From Candidatus Gastranaerophilales bacterium (GTDB lineage: Bacteria > Cyanobacteriota > Vampirovibrionia > Gastranaerophilales > Gastranaerophilaceae): a stretch of DNA of 64,000 nt. The notes beneath the pieces are model-generated. The model was not told the DNA's origin. It searched no databases and saw nothing but the letters and a program-made list of their open reading frames with translations. The position numbers were made by a program, and so were the translations under genes. The stretch is from contig CALUUN010000006.1 of the NCBI GenBank assembly GCA_944323995.1, positions 2,807 to 66,806 on the forward strand, in the 5' to 3' direction. Each line of letters opens with the position of its first letter. Within the stretch, counting starts at the first letter, position 1. Positions 63,148 to 64,000 of the stretch are shown in pieces.

Positions 63148-64000
63148 ATGAATATGGATAAAGAAAAACTCGTTTCTTACATAAAGAAACTTGCCGAACC
63201 CAGAATATTAGTAATCGGTGATTTAGCGATAGATGAAATGATTTACGGCGATGCCGAACGCATTTCGCGTGAAGCTCCGGTTTTGATTCTTCAGCATACG
63301 AGAACAAGACTTATATTAGGCGGAGCATCAAATGCCGCTCATAACGCTTCAACTCTTAACAGGGGTAAAGTAGGTGTTATAGGCGTGTGCGGTGAAGATT
63401 ATCAGGCAGGTCAGCTTATTGAAACTTTGAAAAAAGCGGATATTGACTGCAGATATCTCGTAAAAGATTCTACCAGAAAAACCACCACAAAAACGCGTAT
63501 TTCAGGTTCTATTACAACTTCAATAACCCAGCAGATTGTGAGGGTTGACAGACAGACCAATGCTCCGGTTTCTGAAGAAACGGAAAATAAAATTATCTCT
63601 AATATTGAAAAAGCTATTCCCGAATACGATGCGGTTATTCTTTCAAATTATCATATAGGAACGTTGACAAAACGGATTATTGATGCGGCAATCAGGCTGG
63701 CAAATAAGTATAATAAAATTATTGTTGTTGATGCTCAGAAAAATTTGAATACATATAAAAACATAACATCAATGACGCCGAATCTTCCGGATACCGAAAA
63801 AGCGGTCGGATTTGAACTTAATAACGATGAAGATTTGAAAAAAGCCGGCGACAAACTGCTTGCAGATACCAGAGCAAAAGCCGTACTTATAACCTGCGGT
63901 GCTGACGGAATGTTTGTTACCGAACCCAGAAAAAGATATACAAAAATTCCGGTATTTAATAAGTCGGAAGTTTTTGACGTAACAGGTGCGGGTGATACAG
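63148..64000 (+). CDS. PfkB-family sugar kinase, RfaE/HldE domain-I-like (D-glycero-beta-D-manno-heptose-7-phosphate kinase), 3' end beyond window
   Basis: My translation gives MNMDKEKLVSYIKKLAEPRILVIGDLAIDEMIYGDAERISREAPVLILQH... ending ...DVTGAGDT at the window edge. Confidence 0.7.
   Translation, partial: MNMDKEKLVSYIKKLAEPRILVIGDLAIDEMIYGDAERISREAPVLILQHTRTRLILGGASNAAHNASTLNRGKVGVIGVCGEDYQAGQLIETLKKADIDCRYLVKDSTRKTTTKTRISGSITTSITQQIVRVDRQTNAPVSEETENKIISNIEKAIPEYDAVILSNYHIGTLTKRIIDAAIRLANKYNKIIVVDAQKNLNTYKNITSMTPNLPDTEKAVGFELNNDEDLKKAGDKLLADTRAKAVLITCGADGMFVTEPRKRYTKIPVFNKSEVFDVTGAGDT

Overview
AT-rich bacterial chromosomal window with about 60 genes on both strands. Most of it is housekeeping: rel (partial), purA, an M16 peptidase, gap, radA, a TIGR03960/03936-type radical SAM fusion followed by RNase E/G, panE, etfBA with a PyrK/NfnA-like flavoprotein, groESL, cysK, a HydE-like radical SAM maturase, trmFO, tRNA-Ser(GCU), ilvE, a CPC-type heavy-metal P-type ATPase with its ArsR repressor, a GH13 enzyme, a two-component pair, rmuC, comEC, ispG and a partial heptose kinase. 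Accessory content is a hicBA module, an anti-sigma/ECF sigma/LTXXQ operon, a BlaI-like repressor operon and several lineage-specific membrane-protein paralogs. The most unusual feature is a pair of paralogous pilin-like proteins (KKAAFTLAEVLITL N-terminus) with DUF1566/C-type-lectin-like C-terminal domains, at 7093-8253 and 26128-27162. Each ends in a sharply GC-rich tract made mostly of NNC codons alternating with invariant codons, followed by a perfect hairpin that has no T-run. This looks like the variable region of a diversity-generating retroelement (DGR), but the window contains no reverse transcriptase, Avd or template repeat. A vestigial third variable-region end lies downstream of copy 2. 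Both genes follow a near-identical promoter plus ~185-nt leader that carries a mini-ORF and a G5 versus G9 tract, and both are flanked by short palindromic repeat families. A weak shared N-terminal motif recurs on several otherwise unrelated proteins. No CRISPR array, rRNA, transposase or integrase was seen. A Melainabacteria-like gut anaerobe is my taxonomic guess only.
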